DNA of 64,000 bases from Deltaproteobacteria bacterium. GTDB taxonomy: Bacteria; Desulfobacterota; Deferrisomatia; Deferrisomatales; BM512. Position numbers and translations under genes: made by a program. How positions within the stretch are numbered: the first letter of the stretch is position 1; the number at the start of each line of letters is the position of its first letter. The notes under the pieces were generated by a model. It ran no database searches, was not told where the DNA came from, and saw only the letters and a list, made by a program, of their open reading frames with translations. Positions 1 through 8,593 of the stretch are shown piece by piece. The stretch spans positions 26,257 through 90,256 of the forward strand of contig PKTT01000062.1 of the NCBI GenBank assembly GCA_002869015.1, written 5' to 3'.

Positions 1-286
1 CGCCAGCGACTCCCGTAAAGAGCCGCATTGCCGCCTGCCCCTTCTTGCCGAGAAGCATATAGAGTATCTCTACGCCAACGTGGGCTCCCTGCCTGTGTGC
101 ATAAGGCAGGGAAAAACCCAGCGCCAGCGCCGCCAAGAGGACGCCCAGCTCGACAGCGCCGAGGATGGGGTGACCGAAGAAACGCCCAATTACATCGGCG
201 CAGGTTATCGACATTGTCCCGCCGATGCAGACTGCGCTTAAAACTTTGAGAATACCAACCATCCGGTCGATAAGCTGGTCTAACAT
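1..286 (-). CDS. TRAP transporter small permease (DctQ family), N-terminal part only; continues past window start
   Basis: Not in the ORF track because it is open at the window edge. Own translation from ATG at 286: MLDQLIDRMVGILKVLSAVCIGGTMSITCADVIGRFFGHPILGAVELGVLLAALALGFSLPYAHRQGAHVGVEILY..., hydrophobic and DctQ-like. RBS AAGAGGA at 294-300. Lies 39 nt downstream of the TRAP binding-protein gene on the same strand. Confidence 0.6.
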   Translation of the reverse strand, partial: MLDQLIDRMVGILKVLSAVCIGGTMSITCADVIGRFFGHPILGAVELGVLLAALALGFSLPYAHRQGAHVGVEILYMLLGKKGQAAMRLFTGVAG

Positions 287-325
287 TTGCGAATCCTCTT
301 ATCTGTTAAATAATCTTAAGTTTCT

Positions 326-1339
326 TTACATGCTGCTGTATTTCTTGATTGCATTGCGGGCGAGATCGACGATCTTCTTGCCGTCAAAACCCTTGGCATC
401 CATATCCTTTATGTACTCGTCAACGACGGGGGCAACCGCTTTTTTCCAACGCGCAATCTCCTCATCGCTAAGAGTAATGGACTCGACGCCTTTCTCCTTG
501 GCGAACTCTCTGCCGATAACGTCGATCTTGTCCCAGGTCTCGGCTGTCATCTCAAACCATTCGTTGTTGATCTCTTCGATGATCTTCTGGTCAGCAGCGT
601 CGATGGAGTTCCAGCGGTCCTTGTTCATAACAACGTAAAAGCCACTTGCATACGCTACAGCCTGACTTTCAGTGGTGTACTTAATTGTATCGAAGAGCCT
701 GAAGCCTTTACCTGCCTCATAGGGGAAGGTGGCGCCGTCGACTACACCCTTGCTTAGCGCCTGATAGGTTTCGGGCATCGGCATAGCGACCGGTGTACCG
801 CCGAGGGCTGAGACGAGCTTTGCGGAGAAACCTGTGGCGCGCAGCTTAAGGCCCTTAAGGTCCTCAAGGGAGCGAACGGGCTTCTCTTTGGTGTGGACAA
901 GGCCGGGGCCGTGGGCGGTGATGTACATTACCTTGACGCCATCAAGCTCTTTTGGCTGTAAAGTATCGAAGACCTCTTTAATCATTTTGGAGGAGACTAC
1001 GCCATTTGGTGAACCGAGGGGCAGGTCTGCTACCTCCATAATCGGGAAACGGCCACGGGTGTAGGCGAAGAGCGACATGCCGATGTCCGTGATACCGTTC
1101 AAGACGCCGTCATACATCTGTGAGCCTTTGACAAGTGTCTGACCGGGGAACATCTGAATCATAATCCTCCCATCGGTACGCTTCTCGACCTCTTGGGCCC
1201 AGTCAGCCATCAGCTTGCTGTGTACATGCGTGGGAGGGAACATGTGGCTGTAAGTAAGTTGAAGAGCCGCGAATGACTGGGCGGCGAAGAAGGTTGTCAC
1301 AAAGAGTGCGAAGGTAATTGTTAAAAAACGTTTTGACAT
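326..1339 (-). CDS. TRAP transporter substrate-binding protein (DctP family)
   Basis: ORF 326..1432. Start moved to ATG 1339 (MSKRFLTITFALFVTTFFAAQSFA signal peptide, AGGAG RBS at 1349-1353). Sequence is typical of DctP-type periplasmic binding proteins. Confidence 0.85.
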   Translation of the reverse strand: MSKRFLTITFALFVTTFFAAQSFAALQLTYSHMFPPTHVHSKLMADWAQEVEKRTDGRIMIQMFPGQTLVKGSQMYDGVLNGITDIGMSLFAYTRGRFPIMEVADLPLGSPNGVVSSKMIKEVFDTLQPKELDGVKVMYITAHGPGLVHTKEKPVRSLEDLKGLKLRATGFSAKLVSALGGTPVAMPMPETYQALSKGVVDGATFPYEAGKGFRLFDTIKYTTESQAVAYASGFYVVMNKDRWNSIDAADQKIIEEINNEWFEMTAETWDKIDVIGREFAKEKGVESITLSDEEIARWKKAVAPVVDEYIKDMDAKGFDGKKIVDLARNAIKKYSSM

Positions 1340-1546
1340 TTCATAATCTCCTTTGGCTATGAATGAACGGGATGAACGTGCCATGGTATAAGCAACTGCA
1401 ACCCTTGTGCCTCCCTTATAATCAAACAGCATATTTTTTCAAAAAGCTTAATTTATGGGGATTCCGGAGCTCTTTGAGCAAAGTCCCTCGCTCGAACGTT
1501 TAAGCTAATAAAAACGAATGTAAAAAAGGCAAAGGACACCCCGAGC

Positions 1547-1569
1547 AAATGTAAAAGTTCTTTACATTT
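1547..1569. promoter_or_regulatory. Perfect 9-bp inverted repeat AAATGTAAA-N5-TTTACATTT, candidate operator in the TRAP/usp divergent intergenic region
   Basis: Read directly from the sequence. A half-site-like copy AATGTAAAA lies at about 1518-1526. The stem is too AT-rich to be a convincing terminator. Confidence 0.3.
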
Positions 1570-1698
1570 TTCCGCCACTCTCCCATGGGGCTGATTTAGC
1601 GCTGATCTATCTTGAGAATTTTTTTACGCCCCTCTCCCATAAGTAGTGTTGGGTGAATCGCAGCAAAAGCTCCTTCTCTTCGCGAACGGCATAATAAT

Positions 1699-1707
1699 TG
1701 CTATAAT
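1699..1707 (+). promoter_or_regulatory. Candidate extended -10 promoter (TGcTATAAT) for the usp gene
   Basis: TGCTATAAT lies 60 nt upstream of ATG 1767. The -35 region is poor (TTCGCG). Confidence 0.4.
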
Positions 1708-1766
1708 TTATCAATTGAGCGCATACTCAAAACCTAAAAACCAAGCTAGACCGACAGGAGTCAGAG

Positions 1767-2171
1767 ATGGACATAATGGCATGCTATGTAGATTCAGAGC
1801 TGGGCAATAAAGTGATTGAGGTGGCTACCTCCTATGCGAAAACTCTTGGAGCAAACCTCCACGTCGTCACCTCTCTTCCACAGAAGATTGAGCGGAACCT
1901 GCACGACCTCTCGGACCGAGAAGCCGCCCAGAAAAAGCTCTTGGAGGTCCAGGAAAAGGTAAAGGCCCAGGGTGTGGATTGCGTTGTCTCGCTACAGACT
2001 GATGACCTGTCAGATGGCGAAAATCTGGTTTCCTACGCTGAGCAGAACCCTATGGAGATGGTGGTTGTAGGCGTCCACCGGGTATCGAAGGTAGGCAAGC
2101 TAATTTTCGGCTCGACCGCTCAGCATGTAATTTTGAGCGCTCCCAGCTACGTGCTCTCCGTTAAGGTATAA
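1767..2171 (+). CDS. Universal stress protein (UspA family)
   Basis: 134 aa with the C-terminal Usp signature ...VVVGVHRVSKVGKLIFGSTAQHVILSAPSYVLSV. Confidence 0.8.
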   Translation: MDIMACYVDSELGNKVIEVATSYAKTLGANLHVVTSLPQKIERNLHDLSDREAAQKKLLEVQEKVKAQGVDCVVSLQTDDLSDGENLVSYAEQNPMEMVVVGVHRVSKVGKLIFGSTAQHVILSAPSYVLSVKV

Positions 2172-2288
2172 CAGGGGCATACTCCCACATCGAACCAAAC
2201 TCGGCTTTGCGGGAAACATTTGGATAAAAGGAGGCGTTCAAGCGCATCCTTTTCATATTCACAATCACATTAAAACTTCACAGGCTAA

Positions 2289-2819
2289 ATGATGCTTATA
2301 GAGTTTGAGGGCCGTAAACCGAAGATAGGGAAAAACGTTTTCATCGCTCCAACGGCGGTACTAATAGGTGACGTTGAGGTAGATGATGATTCATCCATAT
2401 GGTTCGGCGCGGTGCTTAGGGGAGACCTCGGGCCTATTCGGGTGGGTAAAAGATGCTCCATTCAGGATAATGTCTCAATACACGTCTTCGACACATCTCC
2501 CACGATCCTCCACGATGACGTAACAGTTGGTCACAACTGTGTTCTTGAGGGCTGCGAACTGGGCAGGGGCACGCTGATAGGGATGAACTCTACGGTGCTC
2601 CCATTCGCCAAGACCGGAGAAGAGCTTATGCTTGCCGCGGGGAGCGTCATCTCCGAAGGGGCAAACTTCGGCGATCGCCTACTGCTGGCTGGAGCTCCAG
2701 CGCGTGTAAAAAAAGAGCTCACCGGCAACGCGCTTGAGTGGACGAAGAGAGCCGCTAAAGATTATGTCTCTTTAAAGGGGAGATATTTGGCCCAAGGGAT
2801 AGGCAAAAAAGATATCTGA
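2289..2819 (+). CDS. Gamma-carbonic-anhydrase-like / hexapeptide-repeat (YrdA/PaaY-like) protein
   Basis: 176 aa. The left-handed beta-helix pattern (IGKNVFIAPTAVLIGDVEVDDDSSIWFGAVLRGD...IRVGKRCSIQDNVSIH) is typical of the gamma-CA family. Confidence 0.8.
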   Translation: MMLIEFEGRKPKIGKNVFIAPTAVLIGDVEVDDDSSIWFGAVLRGDLGPIRVGKRCSIQDNVSIHVFDTSPTILHDDVTVGHNCVLEGCELGRGTLIGMNSTVLPFAKTGEELMLAAGSVISEGANFGDRLLLAGAPARVKKELTGNALEWTKRAAKDYVSLKGRYLAQGIGKKDI

Positions 2820-2826
2820 TAAAGCT

Positions 2827-3468
2827 TCATCTGCCTACACAAGACAGCTCAAAATTCATTGCGGCAGCTTGATTTCTAGCCTCTGAAAGATCTCCCGGGT
2901 CATTTATATTGGTGAATGAGGTTAGCTCGGGGTCTATCTTGCGAAGCTCATCTAAATCGAGTATTTCAGCCCTTACCTTTTGGAATAGATGCTGTATCTT
3001 GAGGTCACCCAAAGATATCTGCCCAAGCATTGCCTGAAGGCATCCTACTCCGTAGAGGGCACAGAGGGGCTCATACCCCTTTTGCGTCTTTGGAACAACT
3101 ACATCACAACCAACGCGAAGCTCCCACAACCTCATCAAAAGCGCCTCTTTTATAAAGGGCATGTCACAGGCGATGCAGAGGACATGCCCCTCATCCCCCA
3201 ACTTTCTCCGGCAATAATCAAGCGCAGTTGCGATTCCACCCAGCGAGCCAGCGTTAACGTAAGCATCCCCTATGGTTTTAACACCTTTATAATCGAGCTT
3301 GGGGGTGCCTCCGACAACGACAACCTCCTTCGCAATCTTTGAAACTCTACCCCAAACGCGTTCAATAATTGGGATACCGGAGATCAGGAGTTCCGCTTTA
3401 TCCTCCCCCATCCTGCTTGATTTGCCCCCGGCCAGTATGGCTACAAGGGGAATTAATCCGTCACGCAT
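2827..3468 (-). CDS. mobA: Molybdenum cofactor guanylyltransferase
   Basis: 213 aa with the N-terminal nucleotide-binding motif LVAILAGGKSSRMGEDKAEL typical of MobA. Confidence 0.8.
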   Translation of the reverse strand: MRDGLIPLVAILAGGKSSRMGEDKAELLISGIPIIERVWGRVSKIAKEVVVVGGTPKLDYKGVKTIGDAYVNAGSLGGIATALDYCRRKLGDEGHVLCIACDMPFIKEALLMRLWELRVGCDVVVPKTQKGYEPLCALYGVGCLQAMLGQISLGDLKIQHLFQKVRAEILDLDELRKIDPELTSFTNINDPGDLSEARNQAAAMNFELSCVGR

Positions 3469-3609
3469 AAGTTACCCATGGCATAAAAAAGGGGGTGACA
3501 ATAGATAGCGGCATAGATATGGACTGTTGCGCCATGAAGAAGGTTAGCTTTCATGTATTTAGGTTATCTATTTAAATTTCAAGCTAGCCAGGTGTTTTAA
3601 GCCCCAACA

Positions 3610-3639
3610 AAAGAGCCCCCCATTAATGGAGGGCTCTTT
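3610..3639 (-). terminator. Rho-independent terminator after the ligase/molybdoenzyme operon (hairpin usable on both strands)
   Basis: AAAGAGCCC-CCCATTAATGGA-GGGCTCTTT hairpin with flanking A/T runs, 36 nt downstream of the stop at 3675. Confidence 0.55.
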
Positions 3640-3674
3640 TTGATCTTTAGTACTGTATGAACTTTTAAATATTT

Positions 3675-5729
3675 CTAGGCCCTGGCAACGTTGCACATAA
3701 GGGACTTCATGTCAGGGTATCCTAGAATTTTCTCTCGACAATCGGTGTCGGTCAGGAGGTTTGCGTTTTTCTCTCCCTCCCAGCCGTGCGGCACGAAGAC
3801 GATACCCTCACTAACACGCTCATCGATCCGCACCTTCATCTTAACCTGACCGCGATTCGTTGAGATAAGGGCGGTATCTCCGGTGGAGAGTCCATATTTT
3901 GCCCCAGTCTCCACGCCAAGCTCCGCAAAGGGCTCGGGGCTCTCGGTCACCAGCGCGTCTACGGCGCGGAACTGGCTATGTGTATAGTAATAATCCCTGT
4001 GCCCTGTAGAGAGGATAAGGGGGTATTTCTCCAAAAACTCAGGCTTCGAGCTTCTTGGGCTCCGCTCGGGCTCTATGTACTCCGGCAAGGGGTTTGCGCC
4101 GACATCGGCGAGCGCCTGGCTGTAAATTTCGATCTTGCCGGAAGGGGTCTTGAAGTAACGCCCGTTATCGGGGACTTCATACGCCTTATGGTTGTAGTAA
4201 GTGCCCTCGGGGGTCTCTGCCAAGAGCCCCTCGAAGGTCAAACCGGAGGGGTCGAGCTCGAAGCGAATGAGGTCTTCCTCTGTCTCCCAGGGGAAGTCCG
4301 CGCCAATGCCGAGGCGTTTTGCAAGCTCTGTGAAAACCCACCACTCCGAGCGCGACTCACCGATGGGCTCAATGCACTTCTTCCTTAACATGAGGTACGG
4401 CAAGCAGTGGCAGACGTTGTAAGTATAGGCAAGGCCCCACTTTTCAAGGTGTGAACAAGCAGGAAGGACGTAATGCGCTTCCTTCGCCGTTTCAGTAAGG
4501 AACATATCGTGGACGACGAGGAGCTCAAGTCGACGGAACGCCTCGCGGAAGGCGTTTGAGTCCGCCATTGATACAAGGGGGTTGCCGCCGACGACCCAGA
4601 ATGCCTTGATCTTGTCCGGGATTGACTCCGGCACTTTGGTGATGACGCCATACGGGCTCTTCCTGCCCCAAACTTCAATGAATAGGGGGTAATCGTCCAT
4701 GCCGAGGGGCTCGCCCTCCACATTCATGCCGACATTGCCAAAGAATGGGCGCGGGCTTATGACCCAGCCCCCGGGAACGTTGATATTACCCGTAATTATC
4801 TGAAGCACCGAGAAAGCGCGGCTGTTTTGCGTGCCGCCAGCTGTCTGGTCCTGCGTGCATGTACCCTGATAAATGCTTGCGCCCTTGGTTGTGGCGAACA
4901 TGCGGGCAAGCTCACGAATTTTTTCAGCTGGCACCCAGGTAATCTCTTCCGCCCACTCAGGGGTGAAGGGGCCGACGCTTTTGGCAAGCTCATCGTAGCC
5001 AATGGTATGCTTTTCAACGAACTCATGGTCTACGAGATCCTCATTTATAATGACGTTGATCATCGCCATCGCCATCGCGCCGTCGGTGCCGGGCCTTATC
5101 TTGAGATACATCTCGGCGTTGTCCGCCAGCGGTATACGGCGGGGGTCAATTACGACCAGCTTGGAGCCCTTGGCAAGGTTCTCCTCCAGGCGGAGCTTTA
5201 AGGGGAAGTCGCTTGCATCGGGGTTATGGCCCCAGAGGATATAGAGCTTTGAGTCAAGCTCCTCTGTGGGGTACTTGCCGAAGGTGATCTGGCGCGTACG
5301 GATACGCATGCGATAACAGACGCTCTCGACGGAGAAGAAGTTGGGGGAACCGAAGGCCGCCTTAAAGCGCTGGGTAAGCCCGGCCATCTCAAGATTTTCA
5401 ACTCCTATGGAGCCGCTGAAAACGCCCAGGGTCTGGGGGCCGAAGTCAGCTTTTAGCTGGAGAAGCTTTTCGGCGATCTCATCGAGAGCCTGTTCCCACG
5501 AGATCGGCACCAGCTCCCCATCCACCCGCTTCAGCGGTGTTTTCAACCGCTTGGGGCTGTAAATATGTGGCAACATCGCCTCGCCCTTTGGGCAAAGCTC
5601 GCCATTATTGATTGGATGGGCCTCAAGCCCCTCAACTTTTACCGCTACGCCGTCCTCAACGGTTACTCTTGTCCCGCAGCTGTGGTAGCAGAGGGTGCAG
5701 TCGGTGAGGATCTCTTTGACGTTGGACAT
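3675..5729 (-). CDS. Molybdopterin (bis-MGD, DMSO-reductase superfamily) oxidoreductase, cytoplasmic, single subunit
   Basis: 684 aa. N-terminal 4Fe-4S motif DCTLCYHSCGT...CPKG. MopB-type core and a C-terminal MGD-binding barrel (GDTALISTNRGQVKMKVRIDERVSEGIVFVPHGW). No twin-arginine signal peptide. Confidence 0.85.
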   Translation of the reverse strand: MSNVKEILTDCTLCYHSCGTRVTVEDGVAVKVEGLEAHPINNGELCPKGEAMLPHIYSPKRLKTPLKRVDGELVPISWEQALDEIAEKLLQLKADFGPQTLGVFSGSIGVENLEMAGLTQRFKAAFGSPNFFSVESVCYRMRIRTRQITFGKYPTEELDSKLYILWGHNPDASDFPLKLRLEENLAKGSKLVVIDPRRIPLADNAEMYLKIRPGTDGAMAMAMINVIINEDLVDHEFVEKHTIGYDELAKSVGPFTPEWAEEITWVPAEKIRELARMFATTKGASIYQGTCTQDQTAGGTQNSRAFSVLQIITGNINVPGGWVISPRPFFGNVGMNVEGEPLGMDDYPLFIEVWGRKSPYGVITKVPESIPDKIKAFWVVGGNPLVSMADSNAFREAFRRLELLVVHDMFLTETAKEAHYVLPACSHLEKWGLAYTYNVCHCLPYLMLRKKCIEPIGESRSEWWVFTELAKRLGIGADFPWETEEDLIRFELDPSGLTFEGLLAETPEGTYYNHKAYEVPDNGRYFKTPSGKIEIYSQALADVGANPLPEYIEPERSPRSSKPEFLEKYPLILSTGHRDYYYTHSQFRAVDALVTESPEPFAELGVETGAKYGLSTGDTALISTNRGQVKMKVRIDERVSEGIVFVPHGWEGEKNANLLTDTDCREKILGYPDMKSLMCNVARA

Positions 5730-5752
5730 TTCGGTTCTCCGTATACTCTTTT

Positions 5753-7381
5753 TTAATGAAGGCTTTCTTTAGCCGGGTTGTCTGTTGCTATCTCCACGAG
5801 GCCACCCTTACTGAAGCGGTTTATCTTTATTCCGCCGGGCATCCTCGGAAAATCATCAAGTATAAGCAATTCATCAGGCAGCTTGAATTTTGCGACCTTC
5901 CCCTTCATGAACTCACGTACCTCCGCCAGGGTCAACCCCTTATCCTTGTCGCGCAGCTTTGCGCAAACGCAGATTGACTCTCCTAGGACGGGGTTTGGGG
6001 TGCTCACTACGCTTACCTCTGCGATATTGCCCTGATCTACAAGGATAGCTTCAAGCTCGGAGGGAATAATCTTGAAACCGCCGCGGTTAATCCAATCCTT
6101 GAGGCGTCCCAGGATTTTGAAATTGCCGCTGGGTGACTTCACCCCCAGGTCTCCTGTATGGAGCCATCCATTAACCAACTGCTTTGTGGTCTCCTCAGGT
6201 TTATTCCAGTATCCCTTCATAACATGCCAGCCGGAGAGGATAATCTCGCCCTCCTCATTATCTCCCATCTCTTTTCCGGTTACGGGGTCAACTATCTTTA
6301 CGTCCGTACCGGGGATGGGCTTGCCAATGAAGTTCTCCCTAATCTCAAGGGGGGAACCATAGGGAAGTAGAATAGAGTTTCCGGGGCCGACCTCTGATGA
6401 GCCCAGGAAGGATGAGAGATAGACACCCATCTTCTCCTCTACATCTTTTATCAAACCTGCGGGAGCTATCTGACCCGCGATCATACCGGCGCGCAGGGTT
6501 GAGAGGTCATAATCCTCCCTATCCTTAGCGGCAAGCTCCATTAGGTAGTGCGCCGGAGCGCCCGGCTGAAGGGTTATCTTCTCACGCTCGATTAGCTTAA
6601 AAGCTTCGGTTGGGTTAAAGGCGTCCATCATTACCACGGTAGCGCCCAAGACAAGAGGCTGCACGAGCAAGGCGCCGCAGCCGTAGGAGTGGCCCATCGG
6701 CAGAAAACCAAGGAAGATATCTTCCTCGGTGGCGTCAACGCAAAGAGAGTAGGAGAGGCCGGCGCATAGCACCTGCGACTGTCCAATCATCGCGCCCTTG
6801 GGTTTACCCGTCGTACCGGAGGTATAGAGCAGCATCGAGAGATCGTCCGGCTTTACATCCTGCTCCTCATGGGGAACTGAAGCTGCATCTGATGATGCCA
6901 ATTCCCCGAATGACCTTACTCCATCCACACCACCAAAAGTGTCATCGGAGACTACTATCACATGCTCAAGGTCTGGCAGAGAACCTTTTAGGCTAAGGAG
7001 AGAGTCTTTATAATTGAATTTCTGCCAACTTTCGAATGCGAAAACGACCTTGGCCTTGGAGTCGCCCAGGATAAAGGAGGACTCCTTCTCCCTGTAGGCA
7101 GGGTTAATCCACGCCACGGCAACTCCCAGCTTCTGCAAAGCATAGAAGGCCAGGTTGAGCTCCAGCGAGTTAGGCATATAGATCGCCGCCATATCACCTT
7201 TTTTGAAACCGAGAGCATAAAGAGCGTTTGCGAGCTTGCCGGCCCGCTCCTTAAGGTCACTGAAGGTCATACGTTCATCACTCAGGATGAAAACTTCTTT
7301 TTCGGGGAGTCTTTCGGCGGTTTTTGTAACTTGGTCCCAGATGTTTAAGGACGCTAATGGTGCGTATGGTGTGTTATCCAT
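5753..7381 (-). CDS. AMP-forming acyl-CoA (aryl-CoA?) ligase
   Basis: 542 aa. AMP-binding signature LLYTSGTTGKPKGA, and later GWLHTGDLG and GRLKDWINRGGFKI motifs. Confidence 0.85.
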   Translation of the reverse strand: MDNTPYAPLASLNIWDQVTKTAERLPEKEVFILSDERMTFSDLKERAGKLANALYALGFKKGDMAAIYMPNSLELNLAFYALQKLGVAVAWINPAYREKESSFILGDSKAKVVFAFESWQKFNYKDSLLSLKGSLPDLEHVIVVSDDTFGGVDGVRSFGELASSDAASVPHEEQDVKPDDLSMLLYTSGTTGKPKGAMIGQSQVLCAGLSYSLCVDATEEDIFLGFLPMGHSYGCGALLVQPLVLGATVVMMDAFNPTEAFKLIEREKITLQPGAPAHYLMELAAKDREDYDLSTLRAGMIAGQIAPAGLIKDVEEKMGVYLSSFLGSSEVGPGNSILLPYGSPLEIRENFIGKPIPGTDVKIVDPVTGKEMGDNEEGEIILSGWHVMKGYWNKPEETTKQLVNGWLHTGDLGVKSPSGNFKILGRLKDWINRGGFKIIPSELEAILVDQGNIAEVSVVSTPNPVLGESICVCAKLRDKDKGLTLAEVREFMKGKVAKFKLPDELLILDDFPRMPGGIKINRFSKGGLVEIATDNPAKESLH

Positions 7382-7608
7382 TGGGGGCCTCGTCTCATCT
7401 AGTAAAACATTATTTCATTTATGTATTTTCGAATTCTACCATCACCCCCTCCCCTGTCAAGGGAAAAGTATCCTTTCTCATCATGGGCCAAAATTCGATT
7501 GCCTCACAAATTATTTGCTTACAATACGCTTTTTTACTTGTTTTCACATGTGTCGGCCTATGCTGGGGCTGCTCTTTGGCCAATTATCTCTCCACTTACA
7601 CTTACATG

Positions 7609-7637
7609 TTGACAGCTAATAATTGAATGGGTAGTTT
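7609..7637 (+). promoter_or_regulatory. Candidate sigma-70 promoter of the IclR-family gene (TTGACA-17 nt-TAGTTT)
   Basis: TTGACA at 7609-7614, 17-nt spacer, TAGTTT at 7632-7637, 55 nt upstream of ATG 7693. Confidence 0.35.
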
Positions 7638-7646
7638 AGAAATAAA

Positions 7647-7663
7647 GTTTCATTTAATGAAAC
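7647..7663. promoter_or_regulatory. Palindrome GTTTCAT-TTA-ATGAAAC, candidate IclR-type operator (site 1)
   Basis: Perfect 7-bp arms just downstream of the candidate iclR promoter, in the ligase/iclR divergent region. A near-identical site lies at 19149-19163. Confidence 0.45.
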
Positions 7664-7692
7664 GCTCTTCTTCTTAAGGAGCTTATTCATAC

Positions 7693-8505
7693 ATGGATTC
7701 GCAGTCAAAACAACGAAGCGTGACAAACGGTAGGTACAACATAAGGGCGATAGAGCGCGCAATTGCGATACTCAATCTTTTTTCGCGAGAGCGCAGCCTC
7801 ATGACCCTTGACGAGATAACACGCGACACGGGGCTCTCAAAATCCACAGCCTTCAGGGTTCTAGCGACCCTTGAGCAGCACGGCTACGTAGTAATTGATG
7901 AAAGCACGGGCAAGTACCGCCTGGGGGCGATCTTCCTCTCCCTTGGCGCGGCCGTGCTGACCTCAACGAATCTGCGTAAAATAGCAAGTCCTTTTCTAAA
8001 CAGGCTAAAAAACAAATTAAACGTTACGGTCCTACTTGGCGCACCAGTCGATGGCTCCCTTGTCTACATTGACAGGAAGGAAGCGCCGGGCCCCTTGCAC
8101 ATCTCATCGGACATCAGCTGGCGGCGTGACCCGATACATTACGGCATGCTTGGCATGGTGCTCCTCTCCTCCTGGGATGACGAAGAGATATCAGAATATC
8201 TAAAGGAAAATAAGCTAATCGCGTATACCAAAAACAGCCTTACAAAAGTCGATCAGTGGCTTCAAAGGGTAAAGGAGATACGCGAGGCGGGCTACGTAGT
8301 TGAATTTGAAGAGGCGATAGAGGGCGTGTGGGGAGTTGCAGCTCCGGTAAAGAACTCCAACGGTGAAGTGGTAGCCGCAGTTGGTGTTGCACAGCCAATC
8401 TCTGCCAAGAACTCCGTATTGGTATCAGAGACAATCGGCTCCGTCACCCGCTGCGCAGAGGCTATATCATCCGAGCTCGGATACCGCTCCGCTAGCAACT
8501 TCTAA
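7693..8505 (+). CDS. IclR family transcriptional regulator
   Basis: 270 aa. N-terminal wHTH (AIERAIAILNLFSRERSLMTLDEITRDTGLSKSTAFRVLATLEQHGYV) and an IclR effector domain. Confidence 0.85.
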   Translation: MDSQSKQRSVTNGRYNIRAIERAIAILNLFSRERSLMTLDEITRDTGLSKSTAFRVLATLEQHGYVVIDESTGKYRLGAIFLSLGAAVLTSTNLRKIASPFLNRLKNKLNVTVLLGAPVDGSLVYIDRKEAPGPLHISSDISWRRDPIHYGMLGMVLLSSWDDEEISEYLKENKLIAYTKNSLTKVDQWLQRVKEIREAGYVVEFEEAIEGVWGVAAPVKNSNGEVVAAVGVAQPISAKNSVLVSETIGSVTRCAEAISSELGYRSASNF

Positions 8506-8529
8506 AGCCCTTTCCTAAAGCGTAAGTTA

Positions 8530-8572
8530 AAAAAAGCCCCGGATCGCAATTTACGATGGCGGGGCTTTTTTT
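8530..8572. terminator. Bidirectional rho-independent terminator between convergent iclR and bamI
   Basis: AAAAAAGCCCCG...CGGGGCTTTTTTT hairpin with an A-run upstream and a T-run downstream. Confidence 0.7.
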
Positions 8573-8593
8573 ACATTTTTATTCCTGCTGGCT

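Noticed and set aside
1368-1383. Sigma-54-like -24 box (TGGCACG on the minus strand) upstream of the TRAP binding-protein gene, inside the spurious N-terminal ORF extension 1340..1432.
   Set aside because: The -12 position reads TCCC instead of TTGC (no GC dinucleotide at the right spacing), so it is not supportable as a promoter. The ORF extension itself is rejected because the signal peptide and RBS are at 1339.
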